A stretch of DNA of 62,785 nucleotides from contig CAJUKM010000002.1 of NCBI GenBank assembly GCA_910587535.1, forward strand, positions 1-62,785, in the 5' to 3' direction. This document shows positions 28,086 through 37,871 of this stretch, in pieces. The notes under the pieces were generated by a model. It made no database searches and was not told the origin of the DNA. It saw only the letters and a list, made by a program, of their open reading frames with translations. Position 1 is the first letter of the stretch; each line of letters begins with the position of its first letter. The position numbers and the translations under genes were made by a program. Source of the stretch: an uncultured Bacilli bacterium (lineage in GTDB: Bacteria > Bacillota_I > Bacilli_A > RF39 > UBA660).

Positions 28086-28826
28086 ATGGTAGACATACAC
28101 AATCACAGTTTACCACTAGTAGACGATGGAGCGAAGTCTTTCGAAGCGGCAAGAGCAAATATAGAATACCTGAAGTCGCACGGAATCGATTCCATCGTTT
28201 TAACTTCCCATTATATAGTGGAAAGCGATTACAATGCAAATGTCGAGGCTAGAAGAAATCTTTTAGAAAAGTTGAGAACAGAAGTAGCCGATTTGGACAT
28301 CAAGCTTTATTTGGGTAACGAAGTGTTCATAACCGACAGTAACACTATCAAGAGGCTCTTACAAGAGGGCGAAATCACCACTTTAAACGGAAGTAGATAC
28401 ATGTTAATAGAGTTTCCTTTGAGACAGAAATTACAATATATGGAAAACGTAATATGTGATTTAAACGAAATGGGGATAGTTCCAATCATCGCCCATCCTG
28501 AGAGATATACTTTTATCCAAAACGATTTTAGCCAATTAGAGAACATTTTGGAGTACGATTGTCTACTACAGTGCAATCTTTCTAGCATCATAGGAAATTA
28601 TGGCAGGTCGGCAAAAAAGCTTATGAAAAAGCTACTCAAAGAACAGTTGGTAACTTTTATTGCAACAGACTTCCATCGAGTAGGAGACGTCGACAAAGTC
28701 GGAAAGTCTTTAAAGAAACTTAAAAAATTTGTAGGGGAAGAGTACGTAAAAATGCTCACCTATGAAAATCCACTTAAAGTATTAGAGAACGAGAGTATTT
28801 CGAGAAAAATAATTTCTTATAAATAA
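28086..28826 (+). CDS. PHP-family protein-tyrosine phosphatase (CpsB/YwqE type)
   Basis: MVDIHNHSLPLVDDGAKS..., ...AHPERY..., ...IATDFH.... ATG 28086 matches the family N-terminus (the track starts at 28065). Confidence 0.85.
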   Translation: MVDIHNHSLPLVDDGAKSFEAARANIEYLKSHGIDSIVLTSHYIVESDYNANVEARRNLLEKLRTEVADLDIKLYLGNEVFITDSNTIKRLLQEGEITTLNGSRYMLIEFPLRQKLQYMENVICDLNEMGIVPIIAHPERYTFIQNDFSQLENILEYDCLLQCNLSSIIGNYGRSAKKLMKKLLKEQLVTFIATDFHRVGDVDKVGKSLKKLKKFVGEEYVKMLTYENPLKVLENESISRKIISYK

Positions 28827-28831
28827 GCACG

Positions 28832-28864
28832 AAAAAAGAGAAAGATCTTGAATCTTTCTCTTTT
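28832..28864. terminator. bidirectional terminator between cpsB-like and smc
   Basis: 10-bp stem agagaaagat (28837-28846) / atctttctct (28852-28861), flanked by an A-run and a T-run. Confidence 0.65.
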
Positions 28865-31820
28865 AGTTTTCTATTCCTTCTAATTTGACACTTACTAGTT
28901 TCGATACTCCAGATTCTTGCATCGTTATTCCGTATAAAGTATTGGCATATTCCATAGTTTTTTTCTTATGGGTAATAACGATGAATTGTGTCTTATGTTC
29001 GTATTCTTTTAAATAAGTACCAAAAGTATCGACGTTCGCTTCATCTAATGCTGCTTCAACCTCGTCTAGTATACAAAACGGTACTACTTTTACGTTAAGG
29101 ATGGCAAATAGTAGGGCGATAGCTGTCAAAGTTTTTTCTCCACCACTTAAGAGAGTGATGTTTTTTAATCTCTTTCCAGGAGGCTCTGCAATTATGTCGA
29201 TACCTGTTTCTAAGATGTTTAGTGGCTCTGTCAAAATGAGTTCACCATTACCACCTTTAAATAAATGTGAGAAGACACTTTTGAATTCGGAGTTTACTTT
29301 ATCGAAGGTACTTTTGAATTCGCTTTCCATAGTTCTATCCATCTCGTCGATTATACCGAGTAAGTTATCGATAGATTCTTTTAAATCTGTTTTTTGTTTA
29401 TCTAAAAATTCATATCTCGTATTGATTCTTTCGAATTCACTTATAGCACCTAAGTTGACTTCTCCTAATTCGCGAATGCTCTTTCTAAGTGTCTGAACTT
29501 TACTGCGATCACTCTCGATGTCTTCTTTGATCTCGTAAGTCATCTTTGCTCTTTCATAGGTTATGTTATATTCGTCGGTAAGTCTCAAAAGTAGGTTATC
29601 TAATTTTATATCCTGTTTACCCAACTTGATTTCGATGTCTTTTAGGTCGTTTACCTTTTTGTTGTATTCACTGTTCGTTTTACGATTTTGGAGTTCTATT
29701 TCAGATAGTTCAGTGTTGAGTTCAGATTTTCTACTTTTTAGTTTTTCGAGGTTAGCAACGACTGTATTTTTAGTCTTTTCTTTAGCGTAATATTTATCTA
29801 ACGTCTCATCTAACTCTTTATCTAAGCTACTAGCTTTTACACTTTTCGTTCCCTTTAATTCGTTATTTTTATTCTTGATGTTCAGTTCGATATTCTGTAA
29901 GTACAACTCTTTATTTTTTTTGGCTTCATCTAGGGAGATGATCTCACTTTCGACGGCATTAAGTTTTTCCCTAATCAATGTCTCATCTTTTTCCTGTTCT
30001 AAGAGTAGGCTTTCGTTCTTTTTTAGAGATTCTTCTATTCTAGAAGCGTCTTCCATCATCGCCTTTAAATTTTTCTTTTCTGTTAGCGGATTTTTATTCG
30101 TCTTTAGCGATCCACCCGTCAGAGATCCACCTGTGTGCAAGATCTCGCCGTCTAAAGAGACTATACGATAGGTATAGTTTATCAGTTTTCCTATTCTGTT
30201 TAGGGAGTCGATATCCATTACGACGATTACGTTTCCGAGAAGGTTTTGGACGATGTTTTTGTATTTTGTATCATATGAGATCAAGTCGGATGCGATTCCT
30301 ACGAATCCCGAATCTTCTCTAACTTTTTTGGAAGTTATTTCGTCTAAATATTTAGATTTAATTATATTTAGTGGGAAAAAAGTGACTCTTCCCAATCTGT
30401 TTTCCTTCAAAAATTTAATCGCTTCTTTAGCACTCGATTCATCGTCACATATGACGACATTTTGCATGGAACCTAAAACGGTGTCGATCGCAGTTGTGTA
30501 TGAATCTTCTATTTCGATTCGACTTCCAAAGGTGCCATGTAATCCCTTAAGTCTCGGATTGTCGATAACCGATTTAATAGCATAGGGGAGAAGTGAATCG
30601 TTTTCTAAGTTGGCATTCATGATATCTATTTTATTTTTTGTTTCACTAAGTAAGCGATTGTTTAAAACTATTTCACTCGAAATGTTTCCCTTAGTTGCGA
30701 GAACTTTCTTGAGATCTATTTCTAAATTGTTTCTTTTTTCTCTTGCTCTTTTTAAGGATTCATCTACTGTATTCACATCTTCTTTTAGGCTAGCCAGTGT
30801 ATTTTCGAGAGATTTGATCTCTTCTTTCAAGTTTAGGATGTTGCTTTCTAGTTTGACATCGTCGACTTCATATTTCTTTCTCTCTACGATTAGCTGTTTA
30901 TTAGCTTCTAGACTTGAGAGTTCTTCTGTAACCTTTAATAGGTTTTGACTCTGTACTCCGATTTCGTTTTCTATCTTCAAGAGCTCCAGTTTGAGTTTTT
31001 CTTGATTTGCGTCGTCTTTTGAATTCGAAGATTCGATTTTTTGAATATCATTGCGCAGGTTTTCGGCAGCGACTTTTAATCTTTCGTATTCGTCATTAAT
31101 GTTAGTTATGTCGTTTACTAAGAGAGCTATCTCGATAGACTCCAATTCTGATTTAAACGATTCGTACTTTTTAGCTTTGTCAGCTTGTTCTCTTAGTGGA
31201 TCTAAGTTTACAGATAACTCGTTTATTATCAAATCTATTTTCGATAGATTGTCGTTGGTTTTCTCAAGTTTTTTTAAACTTTCGATCTTTCTTTTTTTGT
31301 ATTTTAAAACTCCCGCAGCTTCTTCTATAATTGCACGTCGTTCTTCAGGCTTGCCGTTTAATATCTCGCCGATTTTTCCTTGAGAAATTATACTGAACGC
31401 TTCTTTACCGGCACCCGAATCTAAAAATAGATCGGTGATGTCTTTAAGTCTAACACGCGAGTTATTTAAAAGATATTCATTTTCTCCAGAAGAGTAGACT
31501 ATTCTTTTGATCTCTATCTCCTTAAAATCGCTGTTTAAATAGTGATCCTCGTTATCGAAGACGAGAGTGACACTCGCACGAGAAAGTGGTTTTCTACTAG
31601 CGCTTCCTTGAAAGATGACGTCGCTCATCGCGTTTGCACCTCTCAGAGCCTTTACAGATTGTTCACCTAAAACCCATTTTACTGCATCGACTATATTCGA
31701 TTTACCACTTCCGTTTGGCCCAACTATTCCGGTTATTCCTTCTTTAACTTCGATATCTATCTTATCAGCAAACGATTTAAAGCCGTAAGCTTTTATACTT
31801 TTTAATTGCATGGTGTTCAA
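28863..31820 (-). CDS. smc: chromosome segregation protein SMC (short, 985 aa)
   Basis: Walker A GPNGSGKSNIVDA. Long K/E-rich coiled coils. Hinge region. C-terminal signature LSGGEKTLTAIALLFA and Walker B PFCILDEVEAALD. Directly downstream of rnc. Confidence 0.9.
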   Translation of the reverse strand: MNTMQLKSIKAYGFKSFADKIDIEVKEGITGIVGPNGSGKSNIVDAVKWVLGEQSVKALRGANAMSDVIFQGSASRKPLSRASVTLVFDNEDHYLNSDFKEIEIKRIVYSSGENEYLLNNSRVRLKDITDLFLDSGAGKEAFSIISQGKIGEILNGKPEERRAIIEEAAGVLKYKKRKIESLKKLEKTNDNLSKIDLIINELSVNLDPLREQADKAKKYESFKSELESIEIALLVNDITNINDEYERLKVAAENLRNDIQKIESSNSKDDANQEKLKLELLKIENEIGVQSQNLLKVTEELSSLEANKQLIVERKKYEVDDVKLESNILNLKEEIKSLENTLASLKEDVNTVDESLKRAREKRNNLEIDLKKVLATKGNISSEIVLNNRLLSETKNKIDIMNANLENDSLLPYAIKSVIDNPRLKGLHGTFGSRIEIEDSYTTAIDTVLGSMQNVVICDDESSAKEAIKFLKENRLGRVTFFPLNIIKSKYLDEITSKKVREDSGFVGIASDLISYDTKYKNIVQNLLGNVIVVMDIDSLNRIGKLINYTYRIVSLDGEILHTGGSLTGGSLKTNKNPLTEKKNLKAMMEDASRIEESLKKNESLLLEQEKDETLIREKLNAVESEIISLDEAKKNKELYLQNIELNIKNKNNELKGTKSVKASSLDKELDETLDKYYAKEKTKNTVVANLEKLKSRKSELNTELSEIELQNRKTNSEYNKKVNDLKDIEIKLGKQDIKLDNLLLRLTDEYNITYERAKMTYEIKEDIESDRSKVQTLRKSIRELGEVNLGAISEFERINTRYEFLDKQKTDLKESIDNLLGIIDEMDRTMESEFKSTFDKVNSEFKSVFSHLFKGGNGELILTEPLNILETGIDIIAEPPGKRLKNITLLSGGEKTLTAIALLFAILNVKVVPFCILDEVEAALDEANVDTFGTYLKEYEHKTQFIVITHKKKTMEYANTLYGITMQESGVSKLVSVKLEGIEN

Positions 31821-31824
31821 CTCC

Positions 31825-32475
31825 TCATTTTTTACAAGCTTTCATGTAGGCATCTTTTGCAGCCATCTGTTCAGCTTCTTTTTTACTCTTTCCTTTTCCT
31901 CGTCCATAGATTATTCCGTCGATTACAACCTCGAAAGTGTACGTCTTATCATGAGCTGGTCCCGTTTCATCTATCTCCCTATATTCTAGAGATTTACGAG
32001 TCGTTTGGATCATCTCCTGCAAAAGAGATTTATAGTCACTATAGAAAATGCGATTTTCTTCGATGAATGGAGTTATGACTTCCAGGATGTATTTTTTGCT
32101 AACTTCATATCCATATTCTAAAAATACTGCTCCCAATATTGCTTCGAAGACATCAGCTATTATCGTCTCGTTTACGTTGTTTATTTGACCTTTACCTACA
32201 CGTATGTAGGGAATAAAACCTACCTTTTTAGCGTATTCGTAGTTCGCATGTTCACATACGTAGCGGGATCTTATCTTTGTCATATCTCCTTCGCGGAAAT
32301 CTTTTTTTTCGTAAAAGTATTCACTAGTGATCAGTTCCAATACGGCGTCTCCTAAAAACTCTAGACGTTCGTAATTTTCACAACCGTGTTCATTCGAATA
32401 AGAGGTGTGAGTAAGTGCTGTCAAAAGTTGATTTTGATCTTTCAAATAAATACCGTATTTTTCTAAGAATTTCAT
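31825..32475 (-). CDS. rnc: ribonuclease III
   Basis: Signature ERLEFLGDAVLEL. C-terminal dsRBD ...GPAHDKTYTFEVVIDG...GKGKSKKEAEQMAAKDA. Confidence 0.9.
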   Translation of the reverse strand: MKFLEKYGIYLKDQNQLLTALTHTSYSNEHGCENYERLEFLGDAVLELITSEYFYEKKDFREGDMTKIRSRYVCEHANYEYAKKVGFIPYIRVGKGQINNVNETIIADVFEAILGAVFLEYGYEVSKKYILEVITPFIEENRIFYSDYKSLLQEMIQTTRKSLEYREIDETGPAHDKTYTFEVVIDGIIYGRGKGKSKKEAEQMAAKDAYMKACKK

Positions 32476-32618
32476 AGTATCACCTTTAAATATTATACTA
32501 CATATAAAGAGGGTTTTTAAAGTTTTATTTTTTTAGTTTACTTAAGGGGAGGAAATTTAGTTTTACAAAGAGGACGTTTTATAGTAAAATTACTTATGAA
32601 GAAAGTAGGGAACGATTG

Positions 32619-33497
32619 ATGCTTAAAAGGTTTATTAAAGAGGTATTTTTAGTTTTAACTATTACGATTTTTATGACCGGTTGTTTTAAAAGAGACGATT
32701 TAGAAGGAGTAGATATCTACACTACGGTTTACCCAGTTCAGTTTGTCACTGAACAATTATATGGATATAATTCTAACGTCAAATCTATTTTTCCAGCCGA
32801 AGTTAATTTGGATGAATACACACTAAACGAAAAACAGATCGAAGAGTATTCTCGCGGCGCTATATTCGTATATAACGGATTATCTAATGAAAAGGGTATC
32901 GCTAGAGATCTACTGAATTCGAATAAGAAATTAAAAATAATCGACGTAAGTCAGGGATTAGAGTATAACCATTCGATGGAAGAACTTTGGCTCAACCCAC
33001 GCGACTATTTGATGCTCGCTCATAACGTTAAAAACGGTTTAGAAGAATATATAAGCAACAAATATATCATCGAAGAGATAAATAAGAATTATGAAAATTT
33101 GAAAGTATTGATAAGTTCATACGATGCCCAGTTGGAGACTGCACCAGATAATGCAAAGGATACAAACATTTTGATCGCTTCCGATACACTAGATTTTCTA
33201 TCTAAATATGGTTTTACTGTGACAAATGTCGATGAGACCAATGGGGAAATATCTAAAACGATCAAAACGAAGGCTAAAAAGCTAGTCAACGAAAAGACTG
33301 TATCTTATATATACATGCTAGACAACCAAGAAGAAAGTGCATTCGTAAAGGAACTCATAAGTGCAGGTGCGACTAAAAAAGTCTTGAGAAGTATGACACT
33401 TTTAACGGAAGAGGATATCAAAAACGGAGTAACTATAAAAACGATGATGAGAGACAACATAGAGGAATTAAAAAAAGAGATATACGACATCGGTTAG
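32619..33497 (+). CDS. ZnuA/TroA-like (cluster A-I) solute-binding lipoprotein, apparently lacking the metal ligands
   Basis: Lipobox FMTGC. Overall ZnuA-like layout (...YTTVYPVQFVTEQLYG..., ...WLNPRD..., ...LSKYGF...). The usual DPH motifs are replaced (NLDEYT, EELWLNP). No ABC partner genes are adjacent. Confidence 0.55.
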   Translation: MLKRFIKEVFLVLTITIFMTGCFKRDDLEGVDIYTTVYPVQFVTEQLYGYNSNVKSIFPAEVNLDEYTLNEKQIEEYSRGAIFVYNGLSNEKGIARDLLNSNKKLKIIDVSQGLEYNHSMEELWLNPRDYLMLAHNVKNGLEEYISNKYIIEEINKNYENLKVLISSYDAQLETAPDNAKDTNILIASDTLDFLSKYGFTVTNVDETNGEISKTIKTKAKKLVNEKTVSYIYMLDNQEESAFVKELISAGATKKVLRSMTLLTEEDIKNGVTIKTMMRDNIEELKKEIYDIG

Positions 33498-33850
33498 ATG
33501 CCTAACTCGTTTTCTAAATCACCTCCTTGGAGTTCTAGATAGAGAAGTATTCCTCCAGCGACTAAAAACAGTATTGCGGATATCAGATTTAAAGTGGATT
33601 TATAGTCCCTTTTTTTTTGGTATAATTCGTAACCTCGATAAAGAAAGTAGACGTAGATAAGAAAACCTATCGTCAAAACGACTAGATTTATGGAATGAAA
33701 TTCGCGGTATTTTTCCATATTGCCAGATAGGAGATATTCTCTTTCCAACTTGTTAGAATAGAGAGACGCTACTACGATGAAGATATATATATACCAGATG
33801 AAGTCATCTATTTCTAAATTTTGAAGGTTTCTTATCTTATTTTGATTCAT
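33494..33850 (-). CDS. hypothetical small membrane protein
   Basis: Short form from ATG 33850 (MNQNKIRNL...), 118 aa, 3 TM segments. The 157-aa track form would overlap the PFOR start and promoter. Confidence 0.45.
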   Translation of the reverse strand: MNQNKIRNLQNLEIDDFIWYIYIFIVVASLYSNKLEREYLLSGNMEKYREFHSINLVVLTIGFLIYVYFLYRGYELYQKKRDYKSTLNLISAILFLVAGGILLYLELQGGDLENELGI

Positions 33851-33930
33851 AATTAATTTTATGTTTGTTCTTGAAATTAAAGATTCTAAATTATATAATT
33901 TAAGTAACATAGGGAGGACTTGAATCATAT

Positions 33931-36900
33931 ATGGAAAAAGTAATAGATGGATCTGGCGCAGTTGCAAATATCGCCTATAAATTTAGTGAGGTAGCGAGTA
34001 TCTATCCCATAACGCCTTCTTCTTTGATGGCGTCTTTCGTCGACGGATATAGATCTGCAGGAGTTAAGAATTTGCTCGGTGGAACTGTCGATGTCGTCGA
34101 GATGCAATCCGAAGCAGGTGCTGCAGGAACAATGCACGGAGCACTCATGTCAGGTTCGCTTGCGAGCACTTTTACAGCTAGTCAGGGACTTCTTCTCATG
34201 ATTCCTAATATGTATAAAATGGCTGGAGAAGGTTTACCTGCCGTGATGCATGTTGCCAGTAGGACGGTCGCAACTCACGCTCTTTCGATCTTCGGAGATC
34301 ATTCCGATGTGTATGCCGTGAGGCAGACCGGGTTTGCCATGTTGTCTTCATCGAGCGTCCAGGAAGCACACGATTTAGCGGCTGTAGCTCACCTCTCTGC
34401 CATCTCCACTAGAATGCCATTTCTACATTTTATGGATGGGTTTAGGACTAGTCACGAGATAAACAAGATTAAGATTTTAAAAGATGAGGATTTGGCTAGA
34501 CTGATAGATCGTAAGGCCTTAGAAGAATTCAGAAATTCTTCTTTGAATATAAATAGACCTACAAGTCGAGGAATGGCGGAAAACGAGGATGTGTATTTCC
34601 AAAGTGTGGAAGCTAGAAACAAGGATTACGGAAGACTTCAAGATAGAGTAAAATTCTACATGGATAAGATCAACGAAATCCAAAAAACCGATTATAGACC
34701 TTTTAATTATTACGGAGCTGAGAATGCCAAATATGTAATCGTTGCGATGGGCAGTGTCTCTGGGACTATAAAAGAAGTAGTCGAACAACTTGTTAAGGAC
34801 GGTAGAAGTGTAGGAGTTTTAGTGGTACACCTATATAGACCTTTTAGCAGAGATTTCCTGTTTGATAGTCTTCCAAAATCGACGAAAAGGATAGCTGTAA
34901 TAGATAGGACTAAAGAAGCTGGAAGCATAGGAGAACCACTATACTTAGATGTCGTCGCAGCATGTCAAGACACCAACATAGACGTGTATGGTGGACGTTA
35001 TGGACTATCGAGTAAGAATACTACTCCTAATCAGATATACGACATTTATGAGATGTTAGAAAACAATCCGAAAAACAATTTTACGATAGGAATTGAAGAC
35101 GACGTAACTTTTTTGAGTCTCGAAAAGAACAAATTCGAGCTAGCGAAAAAAATGAAAGAGTTAGTCGTCTACGGCTACGGATCAGATGGCATGGTGAGTG
35201 CCTGTAAGGATCTTCTAAAAATCATAGGGAATAAAGATGGAGAATACGTCCAAGGTTATTTCGAATACGATTCTAAAAAGAGTGGTGGAGTTACCGTATC
35301 GCATTTGAGATTCGATAGAAACAGAATAGATCTTCCTTATTATCCGGAGCATCCAAACATCTTGGTTGTCACGATGGACAATTATCTATCTAAGTTCGAC
35401 ATAACCAGTAACATCACTGAAAACGGAGTAATCATCATCAATACGAAAGTCGACTTCGATAAATTGTCGATCAGTGCAAAGAACAAAAACAACATAGCTA
35501 AGAAAAATATAACAGTATTCACGATCGACGCTTTAGAGATATCTAAGAGAAACGGATTAAACGGAAAAATCAGCATGGTATTCGAAGCGATACTACTGAA
35601 ACTTTTAGGAGAAGATGAGTATGTCGACGTTCTATCGAAACATATAGAATCGCGATTTAAGACTAAAGGTGAGGATGTCGTCTCCGCAAACATAAAGTGT
35701 GTCAAAGAAGCGATTATCGGTTTGATTCCGTACAAAGAAAAAATTAATACTTCTATAGAAGAAGAGAAGACGCTAGATGTGATAGATGCGATCAATGCTC
35801 GACTAGGAAACAACCTAAAGGTAAGCGATCTATTGACTTATAGAAACGGAGAGTTCCAAGCTGGATTAAGTAAATTCGAGAAGAGAAATGTCGCCAGTAA
35901 CATTCCCGTTTGGAACAGCGAAAACTGTATCCAATGTGGCATGTGTTCGATGGTTTGTCCTCACGCTGTGATAAGACCTTTCATAATTGATAAAGACGAC
36001 AAGTATGCCAAGGAAGGTGTCGCACTGATCGGTGAAGAGGACGGTAAATATAGATATATCATAAGTGTAAGCGAAGCCGACTGTACAGGATGTGGAGCGT
36101 GTATAGATGTATGTCCTGGAAGAATGGGTAAGAAGGCTTTGATGTTTGGAACATCCGATTTAAAAAGACAGAGACTCGCCAATACGCTTTTTAACTTTTA
36201 TAAAAATCCTAAAGTGTTCGATAAATATACGATAAAGGGATCTCAGTTAGAAAGCCCTAAATTCGAATTCAGTGGAGCTTGTGCAGGCTGTGGTGAAACT
36301 CCTTATATCAAACTTTTGACCCAGCTCTATGGAGATAGACTTTTAATAGCCAATGCGACAGGATGTTCGAGTATCTACGGTGGAAGTGTTCCTAGTACAC
36401 CTTACTCGATACCTTGGGCAAACAGTCTATTCGAAGATAATGCCGAATTCGGATATGGCATATATAGAGGATATAAAGCGATAAGAAGAAGAATAAAAGA
36501 GATAATGGAAGATAGCATGGATAGTGTCACAGAAGTCGTGAAAGAACTTTTCGAATCGTGGATAAACGATATGGACGATTTTGATAATTCTAAAAAGATT
36601 CGCGAGGAACTCAAGGATGAAGATATCCCAAGAGAGATAAGAGAACTTTTAGACTATCTAGAAAAACCTTCTGTGTGGGCTATCGGAGGCGACGGTTGGG
36701 CATACGACATAGGATTTAGTGGAATAGATCACGTCTTATCTAGTAAAGAGGACATCAACATCTTGGTTTTAGATACCGAAGTATACTCGAATACTGGAGG
36801 ACAAGCTTCGAAATCTAGTCATACAGGACAGATAGCAGAGTTTGCAGACGATGGAAAAAAGACTCCTAAGAAAGATCTGTTTAGGATTGCGATGTCGTAT

Positions 36901-37308
36901 CCAGATGTGTACGTTGCAAGCGTATCGATGGGCGCAAACATGTTTCAGACTATCAAAGCGTTTAAGGAAGCAGAAAGTCATAAAGGTCCGTCTATAATCA
37001 TAGCTTATTCCACATGTATAGAGCAGGGGATTAAAAAGGGAATGAACTGTTCAATGCGTGAACAGAAGTTGGCAGTCGAATGTGGATATACGATATTGAT
37101 GAGATATAGTGATGGTAAATTGACTATCGATTCTAAAGAACCGAACTTCTCTCGATATCTAGAATTCCTAAACGGAGAAGTCAGGTATAACGCGTTAAAG
37201 ATTAAAGACGAAGAGAAAGCCAGCGAGTTATTTCAAGAAAATTTAGAACAATCTAAGAAGAGGTACGAGTTTTATAAAAAAATCGTCGACAATCAGGAAG
37301 CAAAATAA
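33931..37308 (+). CDS. nifJ: pyruvate:ferredoxin (flavodoxin) oxidoreductase
   Basis: IYPITPSS...EMQSEAGAAG...TASQGLLLMIPNMYK. Two 4Fe-4S motifs, CIQCGMCSMVCP and CTGCGACIDVCP. TPP domain GGDGWAYDIGF. 1125 aa. Confidence 0.95.
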   Translation: MEKVIDGSGAVANIAYKFSEVASIYPITPSSLMASFVDGYRSAGVKNLLGGTVDVVEMQSEAGAAGTMHGALMSGSLASTFTASQGLLLMIPNMYKMAGEGLPAVMHVASRTVATHALSIFGDHSDVYAVRQTGFAMLSSSSVQEAHDLAAVAHLSAISTRMPFLHFMDGFRTSHEINKIKILKDEDLARLIDRKALEEFRNSSLNINRPTSRGMAENEDVYFQSVEARNKDYGRLQDRVKFYMDKINEIQKTDYRPFNYYGAENAKYVIVAMGSVSGTIKEVVEQLVKDGRSVGVLVVHLYRPFSRDFLFDSLPKSTKRIAVIDRTKEAGSIGEPLYLDVVAACQDTNIDVYGGRYGLSSKNTTPNQIYDIYEMLENNPKNNFTIGIEDDVTFLSLEKNKFELAKKMKELVVYGYGSDGMVSACKDLLKIIGNKDGEYVQGYFEYDSKKSGGVTVSHLRFDRNRIDLPYYPEHPNILVVTMDNYLSKFDITSNITENGVIIINTKVDFDKLSISAKNKNNIAKKNITVFTIDALEISKRNGLNGKISMVFEAILLKLLGEDEYVDVLSKHIESRFKTKGEDVVSANIKCVKEAIIGLIPYKEKINTSIEEEKTLDVIDAINARLGNNLKVSDLLTYRNGEFQAGLSKFEKRNVASNIPVWNSENCIQCGMCSMVCPHAVIRPFIIDKDDKYAKEGVALIGEEDGKYRYIISVSEADCTGCGACIDVCPGRMGKKALMFGTSDLKRQRLANTLFNFYKNPKVFDKYTIKGSQLESPKFEFSGACAGCGETPYIKLLTQLYGDRLLIANATGCSSIYGGSVPSTPYSIPWANSLFEDNAEFGYGIYRGYKAIRRRIKEIMEDSMDSVTEVVKELFESWINDMDDFDNSKKIREELKDEDIPREIRELLDYLEKPSVWAIGGDGWAYDIGFSGIDHVLSSKEDINILVLDTEVYSNTGGQASKSSHTGQIAEFADDGKKTPKKDLFRIAMSYPDVYVASVSMGANMFQTIKAFKEAESHKGPSIIIAYSTCIEQGIKKGMNCSMREQKLAVECGYTILMRYSDGKLTIDSKEPNFSRYLEFLNGEVRYNALKIKDEEKASELFQENLEQSKKRYEFYKKIVDNQEAK

Positions 37309-37338
37309 TAAGATTTTTATATTATTGACTTAAGAATA

Positions 37339-37367
37339 TTGACTTTTAAATTTTTGTAGTTTATAAT
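37339..37367 (+). promoter_or_regulatory. consensus sigma-A promoter for the pilin gene
   Basis: TTGACT (37339-37344), 17 nt, TATAAT (37362-37367). A second TTGACT lies at 37325-37330, giving the direct repeat tattgactt twice. Confidence 0.65.
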
Positions 37368-37397
37368 TTTTTATAGAGAGTAGAGGAGAATCTTAAG

Positions 37398-37871
37398 ATG
37401 AGTAAAAAAATGAATAAAAAAGGTTTCACTTTGATAGAGTTGTTGGCAGTTATCGTCGTATTGGCGCTCATATTAGTACTAGCAGTGCCATCTGTTTTGA
37501 ATACGATGAATTCGGCACAGAAGAAATCTTTCCAAATGTATGGAGAAAAGATTTTGAGATCTGCTATGGAATTATATGAATCGCAAAGAATTTTGGGAGA
37601 TACTGCTATAGGTTCTAAAAAATATAATGGTAAAATTTGTTATACTTTTACCGATTTAGGTATTAGCTCTAGCGGAAGTTATAAAGGATTCGTTACAGTT
37701 ACACCTTCTTCATCTGTCAGTACGGCAACAGGATATAACGTGTATTTAACAGATGGAAAGTACGCTTATAACGGTACTACATCTGATGATGTAATGAACA
37801 GTATCGACGAAATCAAATCCGATGATACTACTTTGTCGACAGTAGGTGGATTAACAGAGTCTTGTAGATAA
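37398..37871 (+). CDS. type IV pilin / ComGC-like prepilin
   Basis: Class III signal MSKKMNKKG|FTLIELLAVIVVLALILVLAVPSV (G-1, F+1, E+5). 157 aa. Confidence 0.85.
   Translation: MSKKMNKKGFTLIELLAVIVVLALILVLAVPSVLNTMNSAQKKSFQMYGEKILRSAMELYESQRILGDTAIGSKKYNGKICYTFTDLGISSSGSYKGFVTVTPSSSVSTATGYNVYLTDGKYAYNGTTSDDVMNSIDEIKSDDTTLSTVGGLTESCR

Noticed and set aside
29101-31383. A series of seven + strand ORFs (75-131 aa, S/L/F-rich) tiling the smc region
   Set aside because: They lie antisense to the intact, motif-bearing smc gene. The K/E-rich coiled-coil codons (AAR/GAR) give stop-poor, Phe/Leu/Ser-rich shadow frames. None has an RBS or a recognisable motif.
33851-33967. Long (157-aa) form of the minus-strand membrane protein ORF
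   Set aside because: It would overlap the PFOR start codon and RBS (33912-33933). The extension has no coherent hydrophobic or charged pattern. The shorter form from ATG 33850 is more plausible.
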